A stretch of DNA of 64,000 nucleotides from Dehalococcoidia bacterium (GCA_965207585.1 CBDBMT010000002.1:81740-145739), one strand, 5' to 3'. Positions 27,198 to 36,958 are shown, numbered from the stretch's first letter. A program made the numbers and translations. The notes: generated from the letters alone by a model not told the origin.

Positions 27198-28640
27198 ATG
27201 GCAGTCCAAGTCCAGCGCAGAGTATTGATCGTAGTGTTCGACGGCCTTCAGCCGGCGCAGATTACGCCGGAGCTGATGCCCAGCCTGTCGGCCTTTGCCC
27301 AAAATGGCATCACCTTCGCGAACCATCATCCGGTGTTTCCCACTGTGACGCGTGTCAATGCGTCGAGCCTGGTCACTGGATGCACGCCCGGCAGGCACGG
27401 CCTGGCCGGCAACACCTTCCTGTGCCGGGATTTCGACCCGCACCGCGTCATCCCCGCGCTGGAACCCACGCTGCAAGAGATCGCCGACTCCACCGGGCGC
27501 GCGCTGTTGCTGCCCACGCTGGCCGACGTGTTGGGTCAACACGGCATGGAGTACTTCGCCATCGGCACCGGCACCAGCGGCAACGCTTACGTGCACAACC
27601 CCAATGCGGACACGGCCGGCGGAGCGACGATTCATCCCGATTTTGCGCTGCCGCGTCCGCTGCACGCCGAACTGGCCCAACGCTTCGGCGAATGGCCGGC
27701 GCAGGACCTGCCCAACACGGCTCGCCTGACCCACGCGAGACGCATCCTCACCGAATTCGTGCTGCCCGAGCGCGACCCGGCGGTGGCCCTGCTGTGGTCA
27801 TCCGAACCGGACAAGACGCAGCACGAAGACGGTGTCGGTCTGGGCCGGGCTCCGCAGGCCCTCGCCGAAGCGGACGCCGAGTTCGGCGAGCTGATGGACT
27901 GGCTGCGGGCAACCGGGCGCGCCGAAAAAACGGACGTATTCGTGACATCAGACCACGGATATTCCACCATCAGCGAGGTTGTTCGCGTTGAGCAGTTGCT
28001 GCGTGAGGCAGAATTCCCGACTATTGACCGGCCCGGGGGTGTCGCGGTGGCGGCCAACGGCGGCTCGGCGCTGCTGTACGTCAACGACTGCGATCCGAAA
28101 ACGGCCGAGGGGCTGACCGCGTGGCTGGTTGCGCAACCCTGGTGCGGGCCGCTGTTCGCCTCCGAACGTGTGGGGTGTCCGGCGGGCACGTTGCCGCTGG
28201 CGCTGCTGGGATGCGAAGGGCCGCGCTCGCCCGACCTGATCATGTCCTTCCCGTGGCAGAGCGTTGACAATCCGGCAGGTTACCCTGGGTTCGCTCCCGC
28301 CACAGGAGGCAGTGTCGGTCAGGGTCAGCATGGCAGCCTCAGCCGTCACGAACTGCGGAACACCGGGCTGGCCGGCGGGCCATCGTTCAAGCAGGAAACC
28401 ATCATCGAGACGCCGACGGGCAACATCGACCTGGCTCCCACCATTCTGCATCTGCTGGGATTGGACGCGAAAGCGTCAGCGATGGACGGCAGGGTGTTGG
28501 CGGAGGCTCTGGAGAGCGGTGCGCCGGAACCAACGCCGGACCGACAGATCCATAGGGCCGAGCGACCCGGGTTCGCTCAGGAACTGCAAATCAGCGCGGT
28601 GGGGAAGACACAGTACGTCGACTGGGGAAACCGGATGTAA
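27198..28640 (+). CDS. Alkaline-phosphatase superfamily protein, nucleotide pyrophosphatase/phosphodiesterase (NPP) type
   Basis: VLIVVFDGLQP...FPTVTRVNASSLVTGCTPGRHGLAGN (nucleophile Thr region), ...FVTSDHGY... Confidence 0.8.
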   Translation: MAVQVQRRVLIVVFDGLQPAQITPELMPSLSAFAQNGITFANHHPVFPTVTRVNASSLVTGCTPGRHGLAGNTFLCRDFDPHRVIPALEPTLQEIADSTGRALLLPTLADVLGQHGMEYFAIGTGTSGNAYVHNPNADTAGGATIHPDFALPRPLHAELAQRFGEWPAQDLPNTARLTHARRILTEFVLPERDPAVALLWSSEPDKTQHEDGVGLGRAPQALAEADAEFGELMDWLRATGRAEKTDVFVTSDHGYSTISEVVRVEQLLREAEFPTIDRPGGVAVAANGGSALLYVNDCDPKTAEGLTAWLVAQPWCGPLFASERVGCPAGTLPLALLGCEGPRSPDLIMSFPWQSVDNPAGYPGFAPATGGSVGQGQHGSLSRHELRNTGLAGGPSFKQETIIETPTGNIDLAPTILHLLGLDAKASAMDGRVLAEALESGAPEPTPDRQIHRAERPGFAQELQISAVGKTQYVDWGNRM

Positions 28641-28661
28641 CTGCCGGCATATCCCCAGTGG

Positions 28662-29165
28662 TCAGTTCCCGTCGGGGTTGAAAGGCAAACCGTCCACCAG
28701 GACACTCTTGATGACTGCTTGACCTCGGTCGTCCAGAGAGACCACGACCTTCACGTCTTCCGCGTCCTCCACGATGCGGCCAGTGCCCTCGGGTACAAAG
28801 AAGGTGCCGATCCCGAAGTCCAGCCGTCCAGCCGCGTTGATCACCCCGCGGATGTACACCTCCGCCGATTCCGGCTGCGAGCGGGTGTATGCGCGTGCGC
28901 ACCACACCTCGCCGCATTCCGCCAGGGTCACATACACCTGAGCGCCCGTAGATTGGCCCGCCAGGTGCGGGGGGATTTCCGCAATCTCGTAATCCAGGAT
29001 GGCGTAGTCTCCCTGGAACAGCGAACGCGGGTCGACCGGCGCGGTTTGCAGGGTGATCTCGCGCCCCTCGGTCAGGGCCGTCTGGCGCACGCCGGCGAAG
29101 GCGACCAGACCAACCACCTGCGCAGCCACCACAGCGAAAAACAGGATGCTCGCCAGCCGGGTCAC
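28662..29165 (-). CDS. GDYXXLXY-domain protein (membrane-anchored)
   Basis: N-terminal TM helix. Literal motif QGDYAILDYEI. Its start overlaps the stop of the upstream large membrane gene (4-nt overlap at 29162-29165). Confidence 0.8.
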   Translation of the reverse strand: MTRLASILFFAVVAAQVVGLVAFAGVRQTALTEGREITLQTAPVDPRSLFQGDYAILDYEIAEIPPHLAGQSTGAQVYVTLAECGEVWCARAYTRSQPESAEVYIRGVINAAGRLDFGIGTFFVPEGTGRIVEDAEDVKVVVSLDDRGQAVIKSVLVDGLPFNPDGN

Positions 29166-31600
29166 GCCGGCTCCTCAACCACGCGCATACCGCGCAGCAT
29201 TCTTCGCCGGAGAAACTCCAGGCCAAAGCCCATGCCCAGCATGATCGCCCCGGCGACGATGAATGCCAGGGATTGACCCAGCAGCCCGAAGCCGAACTCG
29301 AAATAGCGGGTGAACAGCGTGATTGCGAAGGCGACCACCGCCAGGTTGATCAGGTCGCCGCGGTTCCAGCGGTATCCCGCCGCGACCAACGCCAGCACCG
29401 TGCCCAGCAGGGCGGCGTTGAGCGGGAGCCAGGTCCACTCCCAACCAAGCAGCAACCCCAACCACGCAAAGACGCAAACTGCGCTCATTGCGGCGGCGGC
29501 CGACGTCTCCCAATGCAGTTGCCCCGGCGACGCTCTCACCGGAGAGAACTGTCTTCGATCCACCACCCAAATCAGGATTCCTGCAACAATCGCGGCGCCC
29601 CACACTGTGCCGGCCAGGAACCAATACTCTCGCAGGAACGCGAGCGCAGAACCGGCCGCCACTCCACCCGCCGGGGTCCAGGGATCGCTGTAGCTCATGG
29701 CATAGGCGCTGGCGATGGCTGCGGAGAGCCCGGCCAGATCCCAAACCCGCGAGTTGGTGCGGAGTTCTGCCGTCGCGGTTCCCGCCCAACGAACCTGGAG
29801 CCGCCCGGTGAGGAACACCAGCGCCGCAATCCCCAGGCCCACCGGCCCCAGCCACAATAGCAGGCCGTCCTTTGCCAAGATGTCTATCGCCGCGAAACAT
29901 CGAATGGCCACGGAAAAAGCGAAGACCAGGCACGCGAAGTACGCCACGGATCGTTGCCAGCGCAGGTAGGCGTACCAGATCAACGCCGCGACGCCGGCCA
30001 GCAGCGCGAGGTTGAAAACCGCCCACGCCGCCGAAACCTGATATCCCAATCCCAGCCACATGGCCAGGCCAAGAACCGCCATGGCCACGACGGCGCCGAC
30101 TCGCCAGCCCGCATCTGCGTTGCCCGAACTTTCACGCTTCCACAGGGCAAATGAAGTCGCCAGCGCCACCAGGAGCCACGCAATGACCACCACGATCCAG
30201 TACTCGGCTGGCATCCAGGACCAGACTGGCGGTGTCTCCCAGCGCCAAAAGGTTCCGTAGCCCAGGACGTGGAGGGCGGAGGCAGCCAACGCCAGCCCAA
30301 CCGCAGCCACGATCCGGACGTGCGACGCAACCAGGGACACGCTGCTAATCGCCAGGCTCCCGGCGAACAGACAAGCTCCAACCGTCAGCCCAGCTGCGGA
30401 CAATAGGATGGGCGCGGCCACACTGTCCAAATCCACCAGGCTCACGAACCGCATTGCCACCAGCACCAGGAACGATGCGCTAGCGCCGGCCAACAGCAGG
30501 GGAGAACGAGCGGCGAAAGCCACTGACACAACGCCGCCGAAGGCGACGAGGTTGAACAGCCACCACAGCCCAGGCTCAGGCCAGGCGAACCAGAGCCAGA
30601 TGCAAGCCGCTGCAATCGACATCGTGGCCACAACGGCCGTGGGCGCAATGGGGCCTTCGTCCCGCCGGTCGCGGGAGTTCCACCAGAGAACGCCGGTCGC
30701 AGCCGCAGTCGTGGCGAAGCCCACGCCGGCCGTGATCCAATACTCGGCGGACAGCGCCGCCCAGGTGAGTTGCCCCACATCGACCCAAATGCTGGCAATC
30801 GTCATCGCATAAAAAGCTGCGAGACCAATCGCGAAACCCGGATAGCAGCAATACACCGCCAGGGGCCGCGTCCAGGCGAACCGCAACTGGAGCAAACCCA
30901 GGGCGACCACCGCAGCCGAAAGCGCCAGGGTCAACGGCGCCAGGAGCAAGAACGTTTCTGCGCCGTAGTATTCCAGCCACCACTGCGTCCGGAACCCCAT
31001 GCTCAAAACGAGGAGGACCAAAGATACGCTCACCAACAGGCGGGATCGCACGACATAGCCCATCGGCAGCACGCCCAGGAACCACGCGGTGGTCAAATTG
31101 GGATGATTTACGGGAACGTGGTAAATCTGCGCGATCAAGTGGATCGAGGCCCCGTAGGCCAGCGCTCCGACCACAAGCATGGCCACGCCAATGCGCGGAT
31201 AGTCCAACCGGGCCAGGAGGAACCAGCCTGCGGTGTTGATCGCGGCCGTCAACGCCACCAGCATCGTGACGCGAGCCCAAACGGGGATAACATCCCAGTT
31301 CGCCGCGACGTAGATGATGATGCCCAGCCCGACGAGCAGGGCGCCCATCACGCCGATTATGGACACGGCCCGGCTGACGAGAGTGGTGCGCTCCGCCAGG
31401 CCGGCGCTTGGCGCGGCGCGGCTATCGGGCATGGGGTCCGCGCCGGCGAGCGCTCCGTCAGCAGGAGCCTCGTAACGGCCTAGGATTGCCTCGGCCTGTT
31501 CTGCCGAGATTATTCCGTCAAGTGCCCAAGCGTTGACCTCAGTTGCCAAGCGGCCGTGGAATTCAGCATCGCCGTCCCCAGTGACTGGGCCGAATGCCAT
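29162..31600 (-). CDS. Large polytopic membrane protein, DUF2157 N-terminus plus DUF4401-like multi-TM body
   Basis: 812 aa. N-terminal ...GIISAEQAEAILGRY..., then more than 20 hydrophobic segments rich in W/A/L. Classic partner of GDYXXLXY genes. Confidence 0.7.
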   Translation of the reverse strand: MAFGPVTGDGDAEFHGRLATEVNAWALDGIISAEQAEAILGRYEAPADGALAGADPMPDSRAAPSAGLAERTTLVSRAVSIIGVMGALLVGLGIIIYVAANWDVIPVWARVTMLVALTAAINTAGWFLLARLDYPRIGVAMLVVGALAYGASIHLIAQIYHVPVNHPNLTTAWFLGVLPMGYVVRSRLLVSVSLVLLVLSMGFRTQWWLEYYGAETFLLLAPLTLALSAAVVALGLLQLRFAWTRPLAVYCCYPGFAIGLAAFYAMTIASIWVDVGQLTWAALSAEYWITAGVGFATTAAATGVLWWNSRDRRDEGPIAPTAVVATMSIAAACIWLWFAWPEPGLWWLFNLVAFGGVVSVAFAARSPLLLAGASASFLVLVAMRFVSLVDLDSVAAPILLSAAGLTVGACLFAGSLAISSVSLVASHVRIVAAVGLALAASALHVLGYGTFWRWETPPVWSWMPAEYWIVVVIAWLLVALATSFALWKRESSGNADAGWRVGAVVAMAVLGLAMWLGLGYQVSAAWAVFNLALLAGVAALIWYAYLRWQRSVAYFACLVFAFSVAIRCFAAIDILAKDGLLLWLGPVGLGIAALVFLTGRLQVRWAGTATAELRTNSRVWDLAGLSAAIASAYAMSYSDPWTPAGGVAAGSALAFLREYWFLAGTVWGAAIVAGILIWVVDRRQFSPVRASPGQLHWETSAAAAMSAVCVFAWLGLLLGWEWTWLPLNAALLGTVLALVAAGYRWNRGDLINLAVVAFAITLFTRYFEFGFGLLGQSLAFIVAGAIMLGMGFGLEFLRRRMLRGMRVVEEPA

Positions 31601-31690
31601 CAGGCTCCTTTCACACGAGGTCTGGCGCGAGATCTGTCAAACGGCGACGCGCTTGTCAGCGTCCCAAAAGGGCCGCAACGCAGATGCGCC

Positions 31691-32581
31691 TCAATCAGCC
31701 GCCACTGCGCCATCGGCCACGGCATACCCAGCGTCCCGCTCCAGCATCTGGGACAAGCCCATGAGCTCAAAGGCATCGGTGAGTGGCGTCATTTCCCCGA
31801 CCAGGTGCTCGGTGGTGCCGGTGGCCTTGAGTTCGGCCATGACCCGAGCCACGGTGTGCGCCACGGACATGAAGGCGCTGCCGGGGAAGATAACCATCTT
31901 GAATCCTAATTTTTCCAGTTCGGCCACGTTGAGCAACGGGGACTTGCCGGTCTCCACGAAGTTGTACAACAGCGGAACCGAGGTGCGGGCAACCACCTCG
32001 GCCGCTTCTTCGGCGGAACGGATGGCCTCGACGAACAGCGCGTCCGCCCCGGCCTCCGTGAAGGCGGCGCAGCGGCGCATGGTGTCGTCCCAGCCAGTCA
32101 CCGCCAGCGCGTCGGTGCGCACGATGATGGTGAAATCGTCATCGGTGCGCGCGTCCACGGCGGCATGGATTTTCTGCACCATCTCGTCGATGGTCACCAC
32201 CCGCTTGTCTTCCAGGTGGCCGCAGCGCTTGGGGAACTGCTGGTCCTCGATGTGGACCGCCGCGACGCCGGTGCGTTCGTACTCGCGAATGGTGCGGCGC
32301 ACGTTCATGGTGCCGCCGTAGCCGGTGTCGGCGTCGGCGATAACCGGCACGTCAACGGTGGAGGCGATGGATGCTGCGTTGGCCAGCATCTCAGTGGCCG
32401 TGGCCAGCGCCAGGTCAGGGTAGCCGATGCGGGCCACCGAGGTTCCGGCTCCGGTCATGTACACGGCCGGAAAACCGGTCCGTTCGATGATGGCGGCGGT
32501 GAGGCAGTCATAAGCGCCAGGGGCAGTGATGATCCCAGGCTCGGCAAGTAATTGTCGGAAGCGGGTGGTGGCCTTCATCAC
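31691..32581 (-). CDS. Isocitrate lyase/PEP mutase superfamily enzyme (2-methylisocitrate lyase / carboxyvinyl-carboxyphosphonate phosphorylmutase-like)
   Basis: ...APGAYDCLTAAIIERTGFPAVYMTGAG..., ...VIADADTGYGG..., ...AAVHIEDQQFPKRCGHLEDK... Confidence 0.85.
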   Translation of the reverse strand: MMKATTRFRQLLAEPGIITAPGAYDCLTAAIIERTGFPAVYMTGAGTSVARIGYPDLALATATEMLANAASIASTVDVPVIADADTGYGGTMNVRRTIREYERTGVAAVHIEDQQFPKRCGHLEDKRVVTIDEMVQKIHAAVDARTDDDFTIIVRTDALAVTGWDDTMRRCAAFTEAGADALFVEAIRSAEEAAEVVARTSVPLLYNFVETGKSPLLNVAELEKLGFKMVIFPGSAFMSVAHTVARVMAELKATGTTEHLVGEMTPLTDAFELMGLSQMLERDAGYAVADGAVAAD

Positions 32582-32607
32582 AGAGTCCTCCGTTCCATTT
32601 GGCGGGT

Positions 32608-33372
32608 TTATGCGGTCAACCCTCCGTCGATGGTCAGCGTCTGACCATTGACGTAGCCGGCCCCCGGGCTCACCAGGTAAAGAACGGCCGAGGCTACATC
32701 CTCGGCGGCCCCGAAACGGCCGGCCGGGATGCGCGAGAGCACTTGGCTGCGCTGGTCGTCGGTCATGCCGGCAGTCATCCCGCCGTCATCGCCGACCTCG
32801 ATGAAACCCGGGGCGACCGCGTTCACCGTGATGCTGCGGCTGGCCACTTCCCGCGCCATGGCTTTCGTGAATCCGATTTGCCCGGCCTTGGACGCGGCGT
32901 AGTTGGCCTGCCCCGGGTTGCCGGTGAGCCCCACCACCGAGGAGATGTTGACGACGCGCCCGTACCGTTGGCGAAGCATCAACGGGATGGCAAAACGGGT
33001 GGCCAGGAACGTGCCGCGCAGGTTCACCGTGAGCACGTCATCCCAATCCGCGGCGGTCATGCGCAGCATGAGCCGGTCGCGATTGACGCCGGCGTTGTTG
33101 ACCAGGATGTCCAACCGACCCAACCGGTCGGCGGTGGTTTTCACCACGGCCTCCGCGGTGTTTTCGTCGGAAACATCACCGGGCACGCGCAAGGCCTCTC
33201 CGCCGGCGGCGCGGATCTGGTCAATAACAGCATCCGCCGCGTCGGCATTAGTGCGGTAGTTGATGCCGACGGACGCACCGGCGGCGGCAAGTCGGGCCGC
33301 GATCACGGCGCCGATGCCCCGGGACGAACCGGTAATGAGGGCGACTTGACCGCTCAAATCAATCGTGTACAT
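32608..33372 (-). CDS. fabG: 3-oxoacyl-ACP reductase (classical SDR)
   Basis: ALITGSSRGIGAVIA, NNAG, YAASKAG catalytic motif. Immediately downstream of plsX. Confidence 0.8.
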   Translation of the reverse strand: MYTIDLSGQVALITGSSRGIGAVIAARLAAAGASVGINYRTNADAADAVIDQIRAAGGEALRVPGDVSDENTAEAVVKTTADRLGRLDILVNNAGVNRDRLMLRMTAADWDDVLTVNLRGTFLATRFAIPLMLRQRYGRVVNISSVVGLTGNPGQANYAASKAGQIGFTKAMAREVASRSITVNAVAPGFIEVGDDGGMTAGMTDDQRSQVLSRIPAGRFGAAEDVASAVLYLVSPGAGYVNGQTLTIDGGLTA

Positions 33373-33390
33373 AGTTGAACACCCAATCCT

Positions 33391-34422
33391 TCACGTCTTG
33401 CGCGCGACGGCACGATGCAATTCAGCCAACTCCTGCCGGAACCCTTCCACCAACTCCAGCCGATGGCACAGCAAGCCGGTATTGATCGCGCCGGCGACGC
33501 CGGTGGCGGTGGACGAGCCGTGACCGATCATGACCAGGCCGTCAACGCCAAAGAGCGGTCCGCCCATGGTGCGCGGCAGGTTCATGGTGGTCCACAACGC
33601 TTCACCGATTTGCTGGACCTGCTCATTCGGCAGGACGGCCGACAGGCGCTGATGGAGATACGGGACCAGCGCGGAACCCAGACCTTCCGCGAACTTGATC
33701 AGGATGTTGCCGATGAACCCGTCGCACACGATGACATCCGCCTTGCCGGTGAAAAAGTCCATCCCTTCCACGTTGCCCACGAAGTTCAGATGGCTCTCTC
33801 GAAAAAGGGCGTGGCTCTCCTGCACCTGGCGATTGCCTTTTGACGACTCTTCACCCACGCTGAGCAGGGCGACGCGAGGGTTCTCGATGCCCAGGCGACG
33901 GCGGGAAAAGGCAACCCCCAGCGCGGCAAAGCTCAGCAGCAGCGACGGGCGGCAATCCACGTTGCTGCCCAGATCGACCACGGTGGTGTTTGGCGCGACG
34001 CCAAGGAAGTTGCCGCCGATGCAGGGCCGCTCCAATCCCTCCAGCAGACCCAACGCCATCACCGCCGTGGCCATGGTGGCTCCGGTCGAGCCCATGGACA
34101 CCACCATGTCGGCCGCGCCTTGCTGAACCAGGCCCATGGAAACGGCGATTGAGGATTTCGGTTTACGTCGCAGGGCAGCTACGGGATGCTCATCGTCCTC
34201 AACCTTCCCCTCCGAGGAGACTACCGAAACGGCTCGGCCGGTAAGGTCGTGACCGGACAACTCGGCCTGCACGGCATCGTGATCACCCACCAAGATGACG
34301 GTCAATTCGGGATGGGCATCCAGGGCCGCCAGGACACCGGGAACCGTCTCCGGCGGACCAAAGTCCCCACCCATCGCATCCACCGCGACGCGTACCCGTG
34401 GCATGTCTCCGTTCGTGCTCAT
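33391..34422 (-). CDS. plsX: Phosphate acyltransferase PlsX
   Basis: RVAVDAMGGDFGPPETVPG..., ...VCDGFIGNILIKFAEG..., ...GLVMIGHGSS... Confidence 0.9.
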   Translation of the reverse strand: MSTNGDMPRVRVAVDAMGGDFGPPETVPGVLAALDAHPELTVILVGDHDAVQAELSGHDLTGRAVSVVSSEGKVEDDEHPVAALRRKPKSSIAVSMGLVQQGAADMVVSMGSTGATMATAVMALGLLEGLERPCIGGNFLGVAPNTTVVDLGSNVDCRPSLLLSFAALGVAFSRRRLGIENPRVALLSVGEESSKGNRQVQESHALFRESHLNFVGNVEGMDFFTGKADVIVCDGFIGNILIKFAEGLGSALVPYLHQRLSAVLPNEQVQQIGEALWTTMNLPRTMGGPLFGVDGLVMIGHGSSTATGVAGAINTGLLCHRLELVEGFRQELAELHRAVARKT

Positions 34423-34883
34423 TGCGCATTTTCCCTCGTATCCGCCGAGCCTACCACGACGGTCGCCGATCCGGTGATGATCCTGTTTCCATTATCAACG
34501 TTCAGGAGCTCTACATTGCAAGTCAAGCGGCTGCCATCGGCGACCGATTCGCTCCTAGTCACCGAGCCGACGGCTTCCAAAAGGTCTCCGGGATATGCCG
34601 CGCCACGGAACCGGACGCGCAGGCTGCCTGACCGCAGCCAGCAGGAACCGTACTCGCCCGCCATCATCTCGGAGATCATAGCCAAAGTCAGCATGCCGTG
34701 GGCGATCACGCCCTCGAAACGAGTGGACGCCGCGAACGCATCGTCATGGTGGATCCGGTTGTGGTCTCCGGAAGCCGATCGGTAGGCATCGATGTTCTCT
34801 CGATTGACGGCACGTCGCACCGGAGTGATCGCGTAGCCCACGCCGAATTGCGATGGCGCGTGTGTTGAAGCGTCAGCAGGCAT
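34419..34883 (-). CDS. MaoC-like (R)-specific hydratase/dehydratase, hotdog fold, catalytic subunit
   Basis: Hydratase-2 motif YRSASGDHNRIHHDDAFAAS. 4-nt overlap with the plsX start. Confidence 0.8.
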   Translation of the reverse strand: MPADASTHAPSQFGVGYAITPVRRAVNRENIDAYRSASGDHNRIHHDDAFAASTRFEGVIAHGMLTLAMISEMMAGEYGSCWLRSGSLRVRFRGAAYPGDLLEAVGSVTRSESVADGSRLTCNVELLNVDNGNRIITGSATVVVGSADTRENAQ

Positions 34884-34894
34884 ATCTGCTCTGT

Positions 34895-35284
34895 CTATGC
34901 GTCGCTCTCATTCGCGGGAAGCAGCACCGTGGTGCGACCGTTCATTAAATCCGATCCGGTGGGTTCGTCAGAGACCGTGTAGTTGACAGTGAGAAATCGC
35001 ATTCCGCCGCGCTCGCGAACCGGTTCAACACGGGCCACCGCAGAAACTGTGGAACCAACGCGCAGCGCGTCCACGGTCTCCAGGTCCTGCAGGCTATGGA
35101 TCGCGCCGTCAGGCAGCGACAAGCGTTCCAACAACAAGGCGACAACCCGGGCAGCAAGCATGATTGGAGGAGCGCATTGCGAGTCCATGTACAGCGGTAA
35201 ATTATCGCTGACGGCTGAAAGGTATTCGCGGACCGCTTCGGAGGTAATATCCCAGGAGCCCAGTCTGATCGCGTTATCTTGCAA
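34895..35284 (-). CDS. MaoC N-terminal-like hotdog-fold protein without hydratase motif (HadA-like partner)
   Basis: The ORF opens at 35422, but a plausible TTG start at 35284 follows AGGGGA. ...LRVGSTVSAVARVEPVRERGGMRFLTVNYTVSD... is a hotdog beta-sheet pattern. Start is uncertain. Confidence 0.5.
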   Translation of the reverse strand: MQDNAIRLGSWDITSEAVREYLSAVSDNLPLYMDSQCAPPIMLAARVVALLLERLSLPDGAIHSLQDLETVDALRVGSTVSAVARVEPVRERGGMRFLTVNYTVSDEPTGSDLMNGRTTVLLPANESDA

Positions 35285-35545
35285 TGCTCTTCCCCTGACC
35301 GACCATGCGGCTGGGTCCGCCCCACGATGCAAACAATATACACGGGCCGGCCGAGACCGACAACGCGCTAACCGACCGTTGTCGTAGCATCGAAGTCCAT
35401 GAGCCAACGCGCGCGCTTTCAAATGATTGGGCCCTGATCTTTTGGTGTAATATGATCGCCAAGTTCCAGCATTTTGACATGGATAGTTTCCCAGCGCCGA
35501 TTGGCTCCCCGTTGACGTGCCAGGCGCAAAGCAAAGGATTTCGCA

Positions 35546-36958
35546 GTGGCTGACCAGATTCTATCAACCTTGCTCTCCATTCCGGGCTGCGATCCGAAGC
35601 AGGCTTCGCGAGTTTCGTTTACTGGAGGGGTCGACCCGATCCTGCCCACTCCTTTCCGTATCGGGGAAGCTGCCGCCGCGAGCCTGGCTGCGGTCGGACT
35701 GGCCGTCTCCGATCTGTGGGAGACGCGGACGGGACGACGCCAGGATATCGCGGTGGACTCCAGGCAGGCTACGGCATCGTTGCGCAGCAGCCGGTACATG
35801 ACCCTCAATGGAGCGCCGGCCGCTGGAGAGCGGCCATCAGTAATGGGCGTGTACCCTGCCAAAAATGGCAGGTGGAGCTACTTGCACTGCAACTTTCCGA
35901 ATCACCGGGAAGCGGCGTTGAGCGTATTGGGCGTGCCGGAAGACCGGGAAGCCGTGCGACAAGCGGTGGCAAACTGGGACGCCCTGGAACTGGAGGAGGC
36001 GATCATCGCCGCCCGAGGAGCCGGCGGCATGGTGCGGTCCATGGACGAGTGGGCGCAGCATCCGCAGTCGGCCGCCGTGGCGTCTTTGCCCCTGCTCGAA
36101 ATCGACAAGATCGCCGACGGCCCGCCGGAACCGTTGCCCGAAGGTTCCCGCCCACTTTCGGGGATACGCGTTCTGGATCTAACCCGCGTTCTGGCCGGAC
36201 CAACTTGCGCCCGCACGTTGGCAGAGCACGGCGCGGACGTTATGAAAGTGACGGCCGAGCACCTGCCCAGCAGCGAAGCCCAGGAATTCGACACCGGACA
36301 CGGCAAGTTGTCCACGCGCCTGGATCTCAGGGACGAGCAAGACCTCGAGACGATGCGTCATCTAGTCAGCCAGGCCGATGTGTTCTCCCAAGGCTACCGT
36401 CCCGGGACCCTGGCGCAACGCGGCCTCGCACCGGAAGACCTGGCGAAGCTCCGGCCAGGCATCGTCTGCGTCTCTTTGTCAGCTTTCGGGCGCATCGGAC
36501 CGTGGGCTGACCGCCGCGGCTTCGATACGGTAGTCCAGACCGTCAGCGGCATCACTGACCGGCAGGGACAGTTGTTCCCAGGGGCCGAACCGGGACCGCA
36601 GTTCTATCCGGTGTCCGCAATCGATTACCTGACCGGATATCTGATGGCCTACGGCGCGCTGACCGCCCTGGCGCGCCGCGCCCGGGAAGGCGGAAGCTGG
36701 CTCGTCAGGATTTCCCTGGCGCAAACCGGCAAATGGCTTGTCGACCGGGGACAAGTGCCAGAGGCCGAGCTAATTGATGTAGCGCCGGATTTCAAAGCCG
36801 ACGAGATCAGTCGGTGGTGTACCACCAGCCAGGTGCCGGCGGGACAACTGACGCATCTGGCGCCGACGTTGCAGCTTTCCGAAACGCAACCGTACTGGGC
36901 AAGGCCCACGGTGCCGCTGGGGTATCATGACCCGGTGTGGCCGGAGCGGGTGGCATGA
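35546..36958 (+). CDS. Family III CoA-transferase (CaiB/BaiF-like), unusual domain order
   Basis: GIRVLDLTRVLAGPTCARTLAEHGADVMKV lies at about residue 215 instead of the N-terminus. ...RGFDTVVQTVSG... (catalytic Asp region). Confidence 0.8.
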   Translation: MADQILSTLLSIPGCDPKQASRVSFTGGVDPILPTPFRIGEAAAASLAAVGLAVSDLWETRTGRRQDIAVDSRQATASLRSSRYMTLNGAPAAGERPSVMGVYPAKNGRWSYLHCNFPNHREAALSVLGVPEDREAVRQAVANWDALELEEAIIAARGAGGMVRSMDEWAQHPQSAAVASLPLLEIDKIADGPPEPLPEGSRPLSGIRVLDLTRVLAGPTCARTLAEHGADVMKVTAEHLPSSEAQEFDTGHGKLSTRLDLRDEQDLETMRHLVSQADVFSQGYRPGTLAQRGLAPEDLAKLRPGIVCVSLSAFGRIGPWADRRGFDTVVQTVSGITDRQGQLFPGAEPGPQFYPVSAIDYLTGYLMAYGALTALARRAREGGSWLVRISLAQTGKWLVDRGQVPEAELIDVAPDFKADEISRWCTTSQVPAGQLTHLAPTLQLSETQPYWARPTVPLGYHDPVWPERVA

